A stretch of DNA of 64,000 bases, from IMG/VR virus record IMGVR_UViG_3300021959_007005; one strand, given 5' to 3'. Both the position numbers and the translations under genes were made by a program. Shown here piece after piece: positions 1 to 8,816 of this stretch (the first letter of the stretch is position 1; each line of letters begins with the position of its first letter). This stretch comes from a virus. Its lineage: Duplodnaviria > Caudoviricetes. The notes beneath the pieces are model-generated. The model was given only the letters and a program-made list of their open reading frames with translations, was not told the DNA's origin and made no database searches.

Positions 1-54
1 ACTAGCTTTAAAAAGCCAAGCACTATAAAAGTCGTAATATACACTATTATATTA

Positions 55-82
55 TTGACATTAATATTTCCAGTGCTACTAT
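55..82 (+). promoter_or_regulatory. sigma70-type early promoter
   Basis: TTGACA (55-60), 16 nt, TGc-TACTAT (74-82), upstream of ORF 111. Confidence 0.7.
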
Positions 83-110
83 AAAAATAAGAAAAAACAA
101 GGATAAGAAA

Positions 111-803
111 ATGACAAAGCGACAAAAACCAACATATAACACTCAGCAGATCCTTCAATTAGCCATCTATGTTGATAAAGCACAAGGTTTTGTTAAGAGC
201 GGTTATGGTTATTATGATCAAGAAAATGCTACTATGATATATGATAATAAAACAACTATTATGAATTATATCAATGGCGAAGCAGAAATGCCAGAAATTG
301 ATCAGGATATAATGACACAAGTTGAAGAAATTATTGAAAGTTTTAAATTAGAATTAATTGGCAAGAAAATGTCAGGACGCATCAATGACTTTGAAACAAA
401 TGTTTTACAAAGCATCAGTAATGAAACTGTTGAGGCATTTGGTGTTGCTGTACTAGCAAGTTTGCCTAATAGTTTTAGAGTACAGTCTAAACGACAAACA
501 CTTGATGAATGGTTTGATGCACATCGTAAAACTAGTGAATTCGTTGGTGTTATTGGGGATCGTATTAAGCTCGCTGTACATATTAAAGATGTTAAATTCA
601 TTAGTAAGTATTCAATACACTTGGTAACTTGTGTTGATAATAATAAAAATATTATTAAATTCTTCTTTAATAAAGAGCCTGATATTTCAGGTATTATTGA
701 AGGGAAAGATGCTATGCTTACTGGTAAAGTTAAAACACATGATATTAGTAAATTTAGTGACTGTAAAGAAACAGTATTCAATTATGTTAGGATACAGCAA
801 TGA
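111..803 (+). CDS. hypothetical protein, C-terminal OB-fold-like segment
   Basis: 230 aa ORF with SD (AGGA); C-terminal FVGVIGDRIKL..beta-rich segment. Confidence 0.6.
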   Translation: MTKRQKPTYNTQQILQLAIYVDKAQGFVKSGYGYYDQENATMIYDNKTTIMNYINGEAEMPEIDQDIMTQVEEIIESFKLELIGKKMSGRINDFETNVLQSISNETVEAFGVAVLASLPNSFRVQSKRQTLDEWFDAHRKTSEFVGVIGDRIKLAVHIKDVKFISKYSIHLVTCVDNNKNIIKFFFNKEPDISGIIEGKDAMLTGKVKTHDISKFSDCKETVFNYVRIQQ

Positions 804-1354
804 AACAAGAAATTATTAATACCAGAGATGGTTTAAAAATAATTGTCATTGATGATTTGTTCAATTTCAATGATAGAACCTTAATGATGAATATAATATA
901 CCAATCTGATTTTAGGTTTGCCACATCCTGGGATAGCCAAGTTACTGACTTTAAAAGTGCAAGTACATTGGGCGTCCAGTGGAATAAAGAAAAATGGGAT
1001 AACTTTGGATTAGAACGTCATCCTAACTGGAAACATATAAGGTCACATCTTGATAGTAGAACACAACAACGTGCTTGGATAAACTTACATACTGGCAGGG
1101 AATTATATCGATATCATGTAGACCATATTGAGCCAAATTCAATGAGTATGCTGTTTTATCCAAATTTAAAATGGGATCCAGACTGGGACGGTCAAACTAT
1201 TTTTAAATCTAAGGATTTAAAAAATATAGAATACTGTAGTGAATATGTTCCTGGAAGAATGGTATTATTTGATACTCGTATACCACACAAAGCCGTGCAT
1301 CCTAATTATGAAGCGGTGGGATTTAGAGCAATAATTAATGCAGTTTTTTATTAA
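800..1354 (+). CDS. 2OG-Fe(II) oxygenase superfamily protein
   Basis: HxD (YHVDH), WDPDWDGQT, GRMVLFD..H, terminal R; ATGA overlap with upstream gene. Confidence 0.75.
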   Translation: MKQEIINTRDGLKIIVIDDLFNFNDRTLMMNIIYQSDFRFATSWDSQVTDFKSASTLGVQWNKEKWDNFGLERHPNWKHIRSHLDSRTQQRAWINLHTGRELYRYHVDHIEPNSMSMLFYPNLKWDPDWDGQTIFKSKDLKNIEYCSEYVPGRMVLFDTRIPHKAVHPNYEAVGFRAIINAVFY

Positions 1355-1368
1355 AATACAAAAAACAG

Positions 1369-1396
1369 TTGACATATAATACAGTGATGCTATTAT
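1369..1396 (+). promoter_or_regulatory. sigma70-type early promoter
   Basis: TTGACA (1369-74), 16 nt, TGc-TATTAT (1388-96). Confidence 0.7.
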
Positions 1397-1430
1397 ATAC
1401 ATATAGTTAATGCAAAACGGAGTGAGAACC

Positions 1431-2447
1431 ATGCAGCAAGTGTTAGTACATAACGGAACATATCGTAACGAACCAGTAACTGAACGAGTTTTTAATCTAA
1501 CAAAAGATTTTCGTAACGGCGCAAACGGTGCGTATATTACAGTAGACGGAACTGACCAAATTAATATGCCAGATCGTAATGTAAGAATTGGCGTGTCAGA
1601 TAAAACTTGTTTTTCTTTAATGTCAGAAACTGGAGAGCCACAAGTAACTGTTCCAGAAATAACTGAAACAGATGATCAAATAATTGAACGTCTGCGTGAG
1701 CGTTTTCAAGTACTAGAAGATATGAGCTATGCATCATGTGATGGTGTAGTACGTGGAATGGTTGTTACAGGCCCTCCAGGCGTAGGCAAATCATACGGTG
1801 TTGAAAAAGTAATGCGTGAAGCTGAAACTATGAACAAACTAAGTGGAGGTGCAGAATCAACTGGACGCAAGTTTGGAATGGAAAAAGGTGCAGCAAGTGC
1901 CATTGGTTTGTACAAGCTACTATTTGAATATGCAAATGCAGGAAGTGTACTTGTACTAGATGATTGCGATAGTGTACTGTATGATGAAACTTCGCTTAAC
2001 TTGTTAAAGGCAGCATTAGACAGTAGCCCAAAGCGGTTCCTAAGCTGGCGTAGCGAAAGCCGTGTACTGCATAACGAAGGAATTCCAGATAAGTTCGAAT
2101 TTAAAGGAAGTATTATCTTTATTACTAACCTTAAGTTTGAGAAAACACGTGGTAAGATTAAGGATCACTTAGATGCTATTATGTCACGTTGCCACTATTT
2201 GGACCTTACACTGGACACAATGCACGAAAAGTGGTTGCGTTGTAAGCAGATTGTTTCAGATGGCATGCTAGATGAATACAACTTCCCTCAAGACGAAAAG
2301 CAGGACATGTTGAATCACATACATGATAACCGTACTAAGCTACGTGAGATGAGCTTGCGTATGGTACTTAAAATTGCCGATCTCAAGAAGATGAACGGTG
2401 TAAAGTGGAAACGTTATGTGGAAATGACCTGCATGAAGCGAGGTTAA
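1431..2447 (+). CDS. AAA+ family ATPase
   Basis: Walker A GPPGVGKS, Walker B VLVLDDCD, sensor ITN; start chosen at ATG 1431 with GGAG SD (track start 1410). Confidence 0.8.
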   Translation: MQQVLVHNGTYRNEPVTERVFNLTKDFRNGANGAYITVDGTDQINMPDRNVRIGVSDKTCFSLMSETGEPQVTVPEITETDDQIIERLRERFQVLEDMSYASCDGVVRGMVVTGPPGVGKSYGVEKVMREAETMNKLSGGAESTGRKFGMEKGAASAIGLYKLLFEYANAGSVLVLDDCDSVLYDETSLNLLKAALDSSPKRFLSWRSESRVLHNEGIPDKFEFKGSIIFITNLKFEKTRGKIKDHLDAIMSRCHYLDLTLDTMHEKWLRCKQIVSDGMLDEYNFPQDEKQDMLNHIHDNRTKLREMSLRMVLKIADLKKMNGVKWKRYVEMTCMKRG

Positions 2448-2453
2448 CGGAAA

Positions 2454-2541
2454 ATACTAATTGACTAGGACTCCTCTGTCTGCACTCTCACTCAAGTCAA
2501 TTAGTATAAGGAGGGGGCTAGTATTAAATACTAGTCCCCTC
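2454..2541 (+). terminator. tandem strong hairpins (13 bp with 28-nt loop; 14 bp with 3-nt loop)
   Basis: atactaattgact 2454-66 / agtcaattagtat 2495-2507; gagggggctagtat 2511-24 / atactagtcccctc 2528-41; no U-tract, so role uncertain. Confidence 0.55.
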
Positions 2542-2554
2542 ATCTTATTAACGA

Positions 2555-2583
2555 TTGACACATTTATTTAAAAAGCGTATAAT
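2555..2583 (+). promoter_or_regulatory. consensus sigma70 promoter of uvsW-like gene
   Basis: TTGACA-17-TATAAT, ATG 6 nt downstream. Confidence 0.85.
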
Positions 2584-2589
2584 AATATT

Positions 2590-4044
2590 ATGAAAACTAA
2601 ACTGATTATCAAAGACGAAGTAAATTGTAAGTTTGAAGGTCTTGAGCTCAGCACTCGTAAGAAGTTAGAAAAAGAACTTAAATTTATGTTGCCACATGCC
2701 AGACATGTTCCTGCTTACAAACTAGGACGTTGGGATGGTTGTGTTGGGTATTTTACTATGGGAGGAAATACATTTATTAGTTGCCTTCCCAAGTGTTTGC
2801 CAATTATTCAAAATGAGGGTTATGAAATTGAAATACAAGACGAACGTGAAGCTCATGATTTGTCTTTTGAATTAGTAACAGAAGAATTGTTTTCAGATAG
2901 AGTATGGCCAGATAAACATCCAGCGGCTGGTCAGCCTATTACACTCAGAGACTATCAGGTTGAGATAATTAATCAGTTTTTACAAACACCACAATGTTTA
3001 CAAGAGATTGCCACAGGTGCAGGCAAGACCTTAATTACAGCGGCTCTGAGTTACAAAATTGAAGCATACGGACGCAGTATTGTTATCGTGCCCAACAAGG
3101 ATCTAGTAACACAGACAGAAGCTGACTACATTAACTTAGGTTTAGATGTAGGTGTGTACTTTGGTGACCGTAAAGAGTTTGGTAAAACACATACCATTTG
3201 TACTTGGCAAAGTTTAAACATTATGGAAAAGCGTTTCCGCGATGGTGAACAAGACTGGGGGTTGCATGCATTTGCAGAAGGTGTAGTATGTGTTATGGTA
3301 GACGAAGTACACCAAGCAAAAGCAGATGTACTTAAAAAACTACTAACAGGTGCATTTAGTAATGTTCCAATACGTTGGGGGTTAACTGGTACAATACCCA
3401 AAGCAGAACTTGAACGACTGAGCTTAGAGGTAAGTTTGGGGGAAGTGGTAAATAAACTTAGTGCAGCTGAATTACAAGACATGGGTGTGCTAGCACAATG
3501 TGAAGTTAATGTATTACAACTTCAGGATACTGTAGCGTATGGCGATTATCAAAGTGAGCTTACTTACTTAACTACTAATAAAGAACGATTAGACTATATG
3601 TCAGGTATTATTAAAACAATGTCCGAGTCAGGAAATACACTTGTATTAGTTGACAGAATCAAAGCAGGTGAAGGACTAGTTGAACGACTGGGAGATGATG
3701 TTGTGTTTATTAGTGGTAGTATGAAAAGTAAGGATAGAAAAGACGAATATGATGAAGTAGCTGATGCAACTGGTAAAATTATCGTTGCAACCTATGGGGT
3801 TGCCGCTGTTGGTATTAACATCCCTAGGATTTTTAATTTAGTCCTTTTTGAACCTGGAAAATCTTTTGTTCGTGTAATTCAAAGTATCGGTAGAGGTATT
3901 CGAAAAGCACAAGATAAAGACAGTGTTCAAATCTGGGATATAACGAGTAGTGCAAAATTTAGCAAGAGACATTTGACTGAGCGAAAGAAATTTTATCGAG
4001 AAGCCAAGTATCCCTTTCATATAGAAAAGGTGAATTATAAATGA
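2590..4044 (+). CDS. uvsW: UvsW-like superfamily 2 DNA helicase
   Basis: LRDYQ Q-motif, ATGAGKT, DEVH, GLTGT, QSIGRGIR. Confidence 0.85.
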   Translation: MKTKLIIKDEVNCKFEGLELSTRKKLEKELKFMLPHARHVPAYKLGRWDGCVGYFTMGGNTFISCLPKCLPIIQNEGYEIEIQDEREAHDLSFELVTEELFSDRVWPDKHPAAGQPITLRDYQVEIINQFLQTPQCLQEIATGAGKTLITAALSYKIEAYGRSIVIVPNKDLVTQTEADYINLGLDVGVYFGDRKEFGKTHTICTWQSLNIMEKRFRDGEQDWGLHAFAEGVVCVMVDEVHQAKADVLKKLLTGAFSNVPIRWGLTGTIPKAELERLSLEVSLGEVVNKLSAAELQDMGVLAQCEVNVLQLQDTVAYGDYQSELTYLTTNKERLDYMSGIIKTMSESGNTLVLVDRIKAGEGLVERLGDDVVFISGSMKSKDRKDEYDEVADATGKIIVATYGVAAVGINIPRIFNLVLFEPGKSFVRVIQSIGRGIRKAQDKDSVQIWDITSSAKFSKRHLTERKKFYREAKYPFHIEKVNYK

Positions 4045-4544
4045 CAAAAATACTAACTGTGGAAAATCAAATGTATGATTTAGATTTCGTACCAGAAGAA
4101 ATCGACGACATACGTTACTGTGTATTAGATTATAGTGATGCAAAAAATGCTGATTATATTTTTGTGCCATTGGTATTCTTAGAAAGTTTCAATAGCCCAG
4201 CCGCAGTTTTAAAGATTGGACAACGTACTGTTAAAATACCATTAGATTGGAGTTTAATTGTATGTGACCCAATGGTAGGTGATCCAGAAATATTACCAGT
4301 TACTAGCTTAAATGATAGAGGATTTAAAGCATTTGTTTTTAATCCAATTACTGGGTTCCTACCGAGCTTTGATCAAGTTGAAATTGTTAACTTGTATCAG
4401 GAAGTCAAGTGGTATTTCCCTAAACTAAAGTTTGGGCATATCCTTGCAATTCCACTTGAAGAAGGCGACAATCCACAATGTGCCTACTTTGTAAAAGACA
4501 CCAACAAGGTACCTGATGTACTGAGTACAGAAGACCTTTGGTAA
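4041..4544 (+). CDS. conserved phage hypothetical protein (beta-rich, possibly Hint-like fold)
   Basis: 167 aa ORF coupled (ATGA-type overlap) to helicase; fold is inference. Confidence 0.55.
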   Translation: MTKILTVENQMYDLDFVPEEIDDIRYCVLDYSDAKNADYIFVPLVFLESFNSPAAVLKIGQRTVKIPLDWSLIVCDPMVGDPEILPVTSLNDRGFKAFVFNPITGFLPSFDQVEIVNLYQEVKWYFPKLKFGHILAIPLEEGDNPQCAYFVKDTNKVPDVLSTEDLW

Positions 4545-4571
4545 AACAAATGATGTTATAAGGAGAAAAAA

Positions 4572-4760
4572 ATGACAAATCATGAAAAAATTGAAGAAGC
4601 ATTTCGTACATATCTAGCAGAATCTGAAAACTTTGAAGTAAAAGGTGTTAAGGCATCATCTGCTCGTGCTCGTAAAGCACTAAGTGAAATGGGAAAATTA
4701 GCTAAAGAAAGACGAGCAGAAATCCAAGCAACTGTTAATGCTCGCGCCGAGCCCTACTAA
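4572..4760 (+). CDS. small basic Hc1/histone H1-like DNA-binding protein
   Basis: strong SD AGGAG; KGVKASSARARKALSEMGKLAKERR pattern. Confidence 0.6.
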   Translation: MTNHEKIEEAFRTYLAESENFEVKGVKASSARARKALSEMGKLAKERRAEIQATVNARAEPY

Positions 4761-4762
4761 AA

Positions 4763-4972
4763 ATGAGTGGGCAAAGACGATGGCTTAAATTGTGGGCGAG
4801 AACAGTGGGCATGCCTGTTGGACTCAATGACGACGACAAGCCGGAGTTTTTGCCTATTACACAAACAGACGTTTTAAAAGCACTTGCTTTTAGAACGTTC
4901 TGGATTGTCTTGCATATTGTCACATGTGGCTTTATAATAGTAGGTAACAGTAAAACAATTGGATTATGGTAA
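4763..4972 (+). CDS. small membrane protein, paralogue of 41485..41655
   Basis: W..LWA..G..VG..D and RTFW.V.HI.TC..I motifs shared with 41485 ORF. Confidence 0.6.
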   Translation: MSGQRRWLKLWARTVGMPVGLNDDDKPEFLPITQTDVLKALAFRTFWIVLHIVTCGFIIVGNSKTIGLW

Positions 4973-5136
4973 TGACAAAAAAGACATGTGATGCATTCTT
5001 TTGTAGTAATAAAACACCAAAGAAATATCGCTATTGCTACGATTGTGCTAGAAGTAGAGGGCTAGTAGGAAATAATGGTATAGGTATTTTTGGCTGGTTT
5101 GTGATTATTGTAATTGTAATAACGGTGTTTGGATGA
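4972..5136 (+). CDS. 54 aa Zn-finger plus TM helix protein (not in ORF track)
   Basis: MTKKTCDAFFC..YCYDC..then hydrophobic tail; TAATG and ATGA overlaps on both sides. Confidence 0.6.
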   Translation: MTKKTCDAFFCSNKTPKKYRYCYDCARSRGLVGNNGIGIFGWFVIIVIVITVFG

Positions 5137-5603
5137 GTAAACTATCTATCAAAGAAGAGATGCGGGCAATTGATTGTCGTGTTAAAGGTTGGTGGGAAAG
5201 TCTTACTGAAGAAGAAGTTAAAAAAATTAGTCCATTTGTCTTAATGCGTTGGACCAGTGCAGTACAATCTTCTAATTCAGATATCGAATTTCATTATATT
5301 GCATTAGTAAATGAACTAGTAAACAAGCATTATAATATTGTACGTCATCATCCTGAATTACAGTTTAAGTTGTTACAGTGTGTTGGTCTTGGGGTGTCAC
5401 AATACCATAAATGGATACCTCCTGGAAAACAAAAGAAACAGTCAATGGGTAAGTTATATAATTGGTTAAGTGAATTATACCCAACATATAACGATGATGA
5501 ACTTGAGCTACTAGTGAGCACAAATGAAATATCTGATTTTAAAAATATAGCAGAACAACTGGGATTAACCAAAAAACAAATTAAAGAGATCTTTAAAAAA
5601 TGA
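5133..5603 (+). CDS. probable clamp-loader subunit A (T4 gp62-like)
   Basis: SPFVLMRW..VNELVN..HPELQ..YHKWIP pattern; next to polymerase gene. Confidence 0.55.
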   Translation: MSKLSIKEEMRAIDCRVKGWWESLTEEEVKKISPFVLMRWTSAVQSSNSDIEFHYIALVNELVNKHYNIVRHHPELQFKLLQCVGLGVSQYHKWIPPGKQKKQSMGKLYNWLSELYPTYNDDELELLVSTNEISDFKNIAEQLGLTKKQIKEIFKK

Positions 5604-6313
5604 ATATTAGTGCAGAGGAGTTAGTTGCGTTGGCAGGATCTATAAAAAATACTCCTGGTGCATTTAAGTGCGAATACTGTAATAAAAGTTTTAAAAGAGA
5701 AGGAACTATGTTAGCTCATAGTTGTGAGAAAAAGAGGCGTTGGCAACAAAAAGACGATAAGGAAACACTTGCAGGGTTTTCAGCATTTGATTTATTTTAT
5801 CGTATTAGTATGGGAAGCAAAGGAAAAGATTACAAGTCTTTTGTAGATAGCCAATACTATACAGCGTTTATTAAATACGGAAACTGGTGCTATAATAGTA
5901 ATGTTATTGATATTGAAGCATATACTAGATGGCTAATAAATAAAGAAGTTAAATTACGTGATTGGGCAAGTGAACGTTTTTATTTAATGTTTATCAAAGA
6001 CTTTGTTAAACGTGAAAGTGTAGAACGTGCATTAGAACGTTTTGTTGAGTATGCTATAGCCACTGGGTACTTTGAAGAATTTTGGGAACGTGCAAGCGGT
6101 TACTTAATTGCAGATTGGATCGAGGGTGGAAAAATATCTCCTTGGATTATAATATGTAGTCAACGAGCACAAACCGCACTAGGTAATATGCCAAGTGAAT
6201 GTTTCGAGAGAATTGCCAATTGTATAGATGCAGATTATTGGGGGAATAAAAGAACAATGAATCCTAAAGATGCATATTTTGTAGAAGAAATGATAGATGG
6301 AATTAAATTTTAA
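5600..6313 (+). CDS. C2H2 zinc-finger hypothetical protein
   Basis: FKCEYCNKSFKREGTMLAHSC. Confidence 0.65.
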   Translation: MNISAEELVALAGSIKNTPGAFKCEYCNKSFKREGTMLAHSCEKKRRWQQKDDKETLAGFSAFDLFYRISMGSKGKDYKSFVDSQYYTAFIKYGNWCYNSNVIDIEAYTRWLINKEVKLRDWASERFYLMFIKDFVKRESVERALERFVEYAIATGYFEEFWERASGYLIADWIEGGKISPWIIICSQRAQTALGNMPSECFERIANCIDADYWGNKRTMNPKDAYFVEEMIDGIKF

Positions 6314-6867
6314 TGGATATTGATATTGATTTTGCAGATAGACAGTTAGCGTTAGATGTTCTTAGGAACACACCAGCTAGGCTTAAGAACAAAAAACATA
6401 ATACAGGTGTGTACTTTCATAATGTTCCAACAGATCCATTTACTGGCTTGTGTACTGTTGAACACACAAAAGCAGACGAAGCTGGATTTTTTAAACTTGA
6501 TATGTTAAATGTCAGTATATATAAAGACGTCAAAGATGATGACCACTTGACGCATTTAATAGAAAGGGAAACAGTATGGCAACTACTGGAGCACAAGGAC
6601 TTCGTCGACAAAGTATTTCATCTGTCAGGGCACGATATGCTCTTAAAACAATTGAAGCCGCAATCGGTAGAACAATTGGCGGCAGCACTAGCGATTATAC
6701 GACCAGCGAAAAGACACCTGGCAAGCAAGCCTTGGCCGTATATAATGGAACACGTTTGGCTAAAGCCAAAAAATAATGACTATTATTTTAAAAAAGCCCA
6801 TGCAGTAAGTTATGCAATGGCAGTTATCGTGCATATAAATCTTATATGCGAACAGTTAGGATATTAA
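6313..6867 (+). CDS. dnaE: family C DNA polymerase (DnaE-like) catalytic palm fragment
   Basis: starts MDIDIDF (catalytic DxD), KHNTGV, FFKLDMLN, IIRP, FKKAHAVSYA (cf. FNKSHAAAY). Confidence 0.8.
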   Translation: MDIDIDFADRQLALDVLRNTPARLKNKKHNTGVYFHNVPTDPFTGLCTVEHTKADEAGFFKLDMLNVSIYKDVKDDDHLTHLIERETVWQLLEHKDFVDKVFHLSGHDMLLKQLKPQSVEQLAAALAIIRPAKRHLASKPWPYIMEHVWLKPKNNDYYFKKAHAVSYAMAVIVHINLICEQLGY

Positions 6868-6868
6868 T

Positions 6869-7630
6869 ATGGATCAAACTAGATTTGTAGATGACATCAA
6901 TGATGTGGGGTTCACTGTACATCAAGATGTGTTTGATAAAGATTGTATTTCTGAACTCAATCAATACGCAAGTACATTTGCACCTGAGCGTGGACATACA
7001 AAAGATTTAAAGTGGTGGGGCTGGAATCAGATTTCTGAACAAATTGAAAAAGGTAAAGATCCACATAACGAAATTGATTGGGCTTACTTCTGGACAGCTG
7101 AACCCAAGGGCAACAATTTTATTGACAATATTATTAAGCCTGAGTTAGGTAAATGTGCAGATGCTGCATTTGGAGAAAATAATTGGGAATGGTATATGTG
7201 TGACTTTATTGTGTTACATCCTGGCATGAACTTTATTAGGCCACACATTGATACACCGTATAGGTTTAAAGAATTTAAATATGCAAAAGGATTATTAGGA
7301 TTACAGTTTATGGTAATGCTATGTGATTTCACACCGGATAATGGTGCAACTGGTTATGTTCCTGGATCACACAAATACATTTATGATTATTATCAAGACC
7401 TATATGTAAAAAATGCACATTTTGATATATTCTTTCAGGATAATTATAAACAACATACTGCACCTAAAGGAAGTTTTGTATGCTGGCATCCACGAGTTTT
7501 GCACAGTAGTATGCCCAATAAATCGGATGGCATCCGACGTGGATTGCTTCTACATGCTGCTGAAAAACAGACTGCTAGACATCTTAAAACAGTTGATCCT
7601 CAAAAGAATCAGAGTTTGCGTACTAGCTGA
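6869..7630 (+). CDS. phytanoyl-CoA dioxygenase (PhyH)-family 2OG-Fe(II) oxygenase
   Basis: PHID, FTPDNGATGYVPGSH, WHPRVLHSS..N.S..R. Confidence 0.8.
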   Translation: MDQTRFVDDINDVGFTVHQDVFDKDCISELNQYASTFAPERGHTKDLKWWGWNQISEQIEKGKDPHNEIDWAYFWTAEPKGNNFIDNIIKPELGKCADAAFGENNWEWYMCDFIVLHPGMNFIRPHIDTPYRFKEFKYAKGLLGLQFMVMLCDFTPDNGATGYVPGSHKYIYDYYQDLYVKNAHFDIFFQDNYKQHTAPKGSFVCWHPRVLHSSMPNKSDGIRRGLLLHAAEKQTARHLKTVDPQKNQSLRTS

Positions 7631-7989
7631 ATATTTCTTCGTTTAATACGTTTTTGTATGATGTTACTTAAACTTATTATTGGACCGTGCATAACTTCAA
7701 AATCTTTACCGCTAAATGTAACTAGTGAACTCCTATAATGTTCAAATGCTGATTTAAAAATAATGTTAATGGGGATCATTCTATTTGTTCCCCACCACCA
7801 TTCGTCTCCTAGATCTAAAAAATTTTGTTTAAGTTCTAGAGTTTTAATTTTATTATAATCATACATACTAGCTAAGTTATTGTCAATATTTTGAATAATT
7901 CCGATATATTCATTTCCACCATATTTAACTAGCGTTAAAAATGGAAAATCGTCTAATAAGTGTTGATACTTTATTGGTATTTGGCTCAT
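7609..7989 (-). CDS. conserved phage hypothetical protein
   Basis: start moved to ATG 7989 (MSQIPIKY), preceded by TAAGTA-N5. Confidence 0.65.
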   Translation of the reverse strand: MSQIPIKYQHLLDDFPFLTLVKYGGNEYIGIIQNIDNNLASMYDYNKIKTLELKQNFLDLGDEWWWGTNRMIPINIIFKSAFEHYRSSLVTFSGKDFEVMHGPIISLSNIIQKRIKRRNIQLVRKL

Positions 7990-8021
7990 ACTAATACTTA
8001 GCACATAAATAATAGTGGAGA

Positions 8022-8807
8022 ATGTCAATGAGTTATCAAGCAACAGCATACAAATATAATCAAAGAGGCGAAGTATTCGTTCCTAATAGAACAGGTACAA
8101 CATATAATATACCTAGCAATCATAAAAATTTTATAGTTTACGCAGGTTATGATTCTGATATAGAATTTTTTGTAATTGGATCTGACAGAAAGCCAGTTGA
8201 TGTTAACAATATAACATTAAATGTAAAAATTATTCATCGTACAAGCCGTGTCGTAGTACTTACAAAAGCACTACAAATTACTTCTTATGAAGATGGACGA
8301 GCTTTATTAAAATTAACCGCAGCCGAAACATCAATACTTGGGTCTGCATTATATGATATGGTATTAACATTCACAGATAGTGCAAATAGAACATTTAGTA
8401 TGCAAAGCGATCAAAATAACAGAATTGGTTATGTATTAGAAAGTAAATTAAATCCAGCGGCTGGTGCTAGAACTACTGTGGAAAATACTTTTTTTGCTTC
8501 CAATGGTAATGAGTATTGGGGAGGGGATCTTGCTTCAACAACTCAATCTTTTAATACCATTGGTAACCAGAATATGGTAGTTTCTTCAACTTCTTATACT
8601 GGCGTACTAAAAGTACAAGCTACGTTAGCTCCAACTCCACAACCAGCTGATTGGCTTGATGTTCCAAATATCAATGATACATTAACTTCATTTACTGGGG
8701 ATACATTATTTCAATGGACGGGAAGATATGCATGGGTTCGATTAGTTCATACTCCTGATTCAGAAAATAATACAGGAACAGTTGACAAAGTAACTTATTC
8801 AAACTAG
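8022..8807 (+). CDS. putative virion/baseplate structural protein
   Basis: late motif ATAAATA 8005-11, SD GGAG, T/S/N-rich Ig-like beta composition. Confidence 0.5.
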   Translation: MSMSYQATAYKYNQRGEVFVPNRTGTTYNIPSNHKNFIVYAGYDSDIEFFVIGSDRKPVDVNNITLNVKIIHRTSRVVVLTKALQITSYEDGRALLKLTAAETSILGSALYDMVLTFTDSANRTFSMQSDQNNRIGYVLESKLNPAAGARTTVENTFFASNGNEYWGGDLASTTQSFNTIGNQNMVVSSTSYTGVLKVQATLAPTPQPADWLDVPNINDTLTSFTGDTLFQWTGRYAWVRLVHTPDSENNTGTVDKVTYSN

Positions 8808-8810
8808 AAT
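8782..8810 (+). promoter_or_regulatory. sigma70 promoter of primase
   Basis: TTGACA-17-TAGAAT, ATG 6 nt downstream. Confidence 0.75.
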
Positions 8811-8816
8811 ACAACT

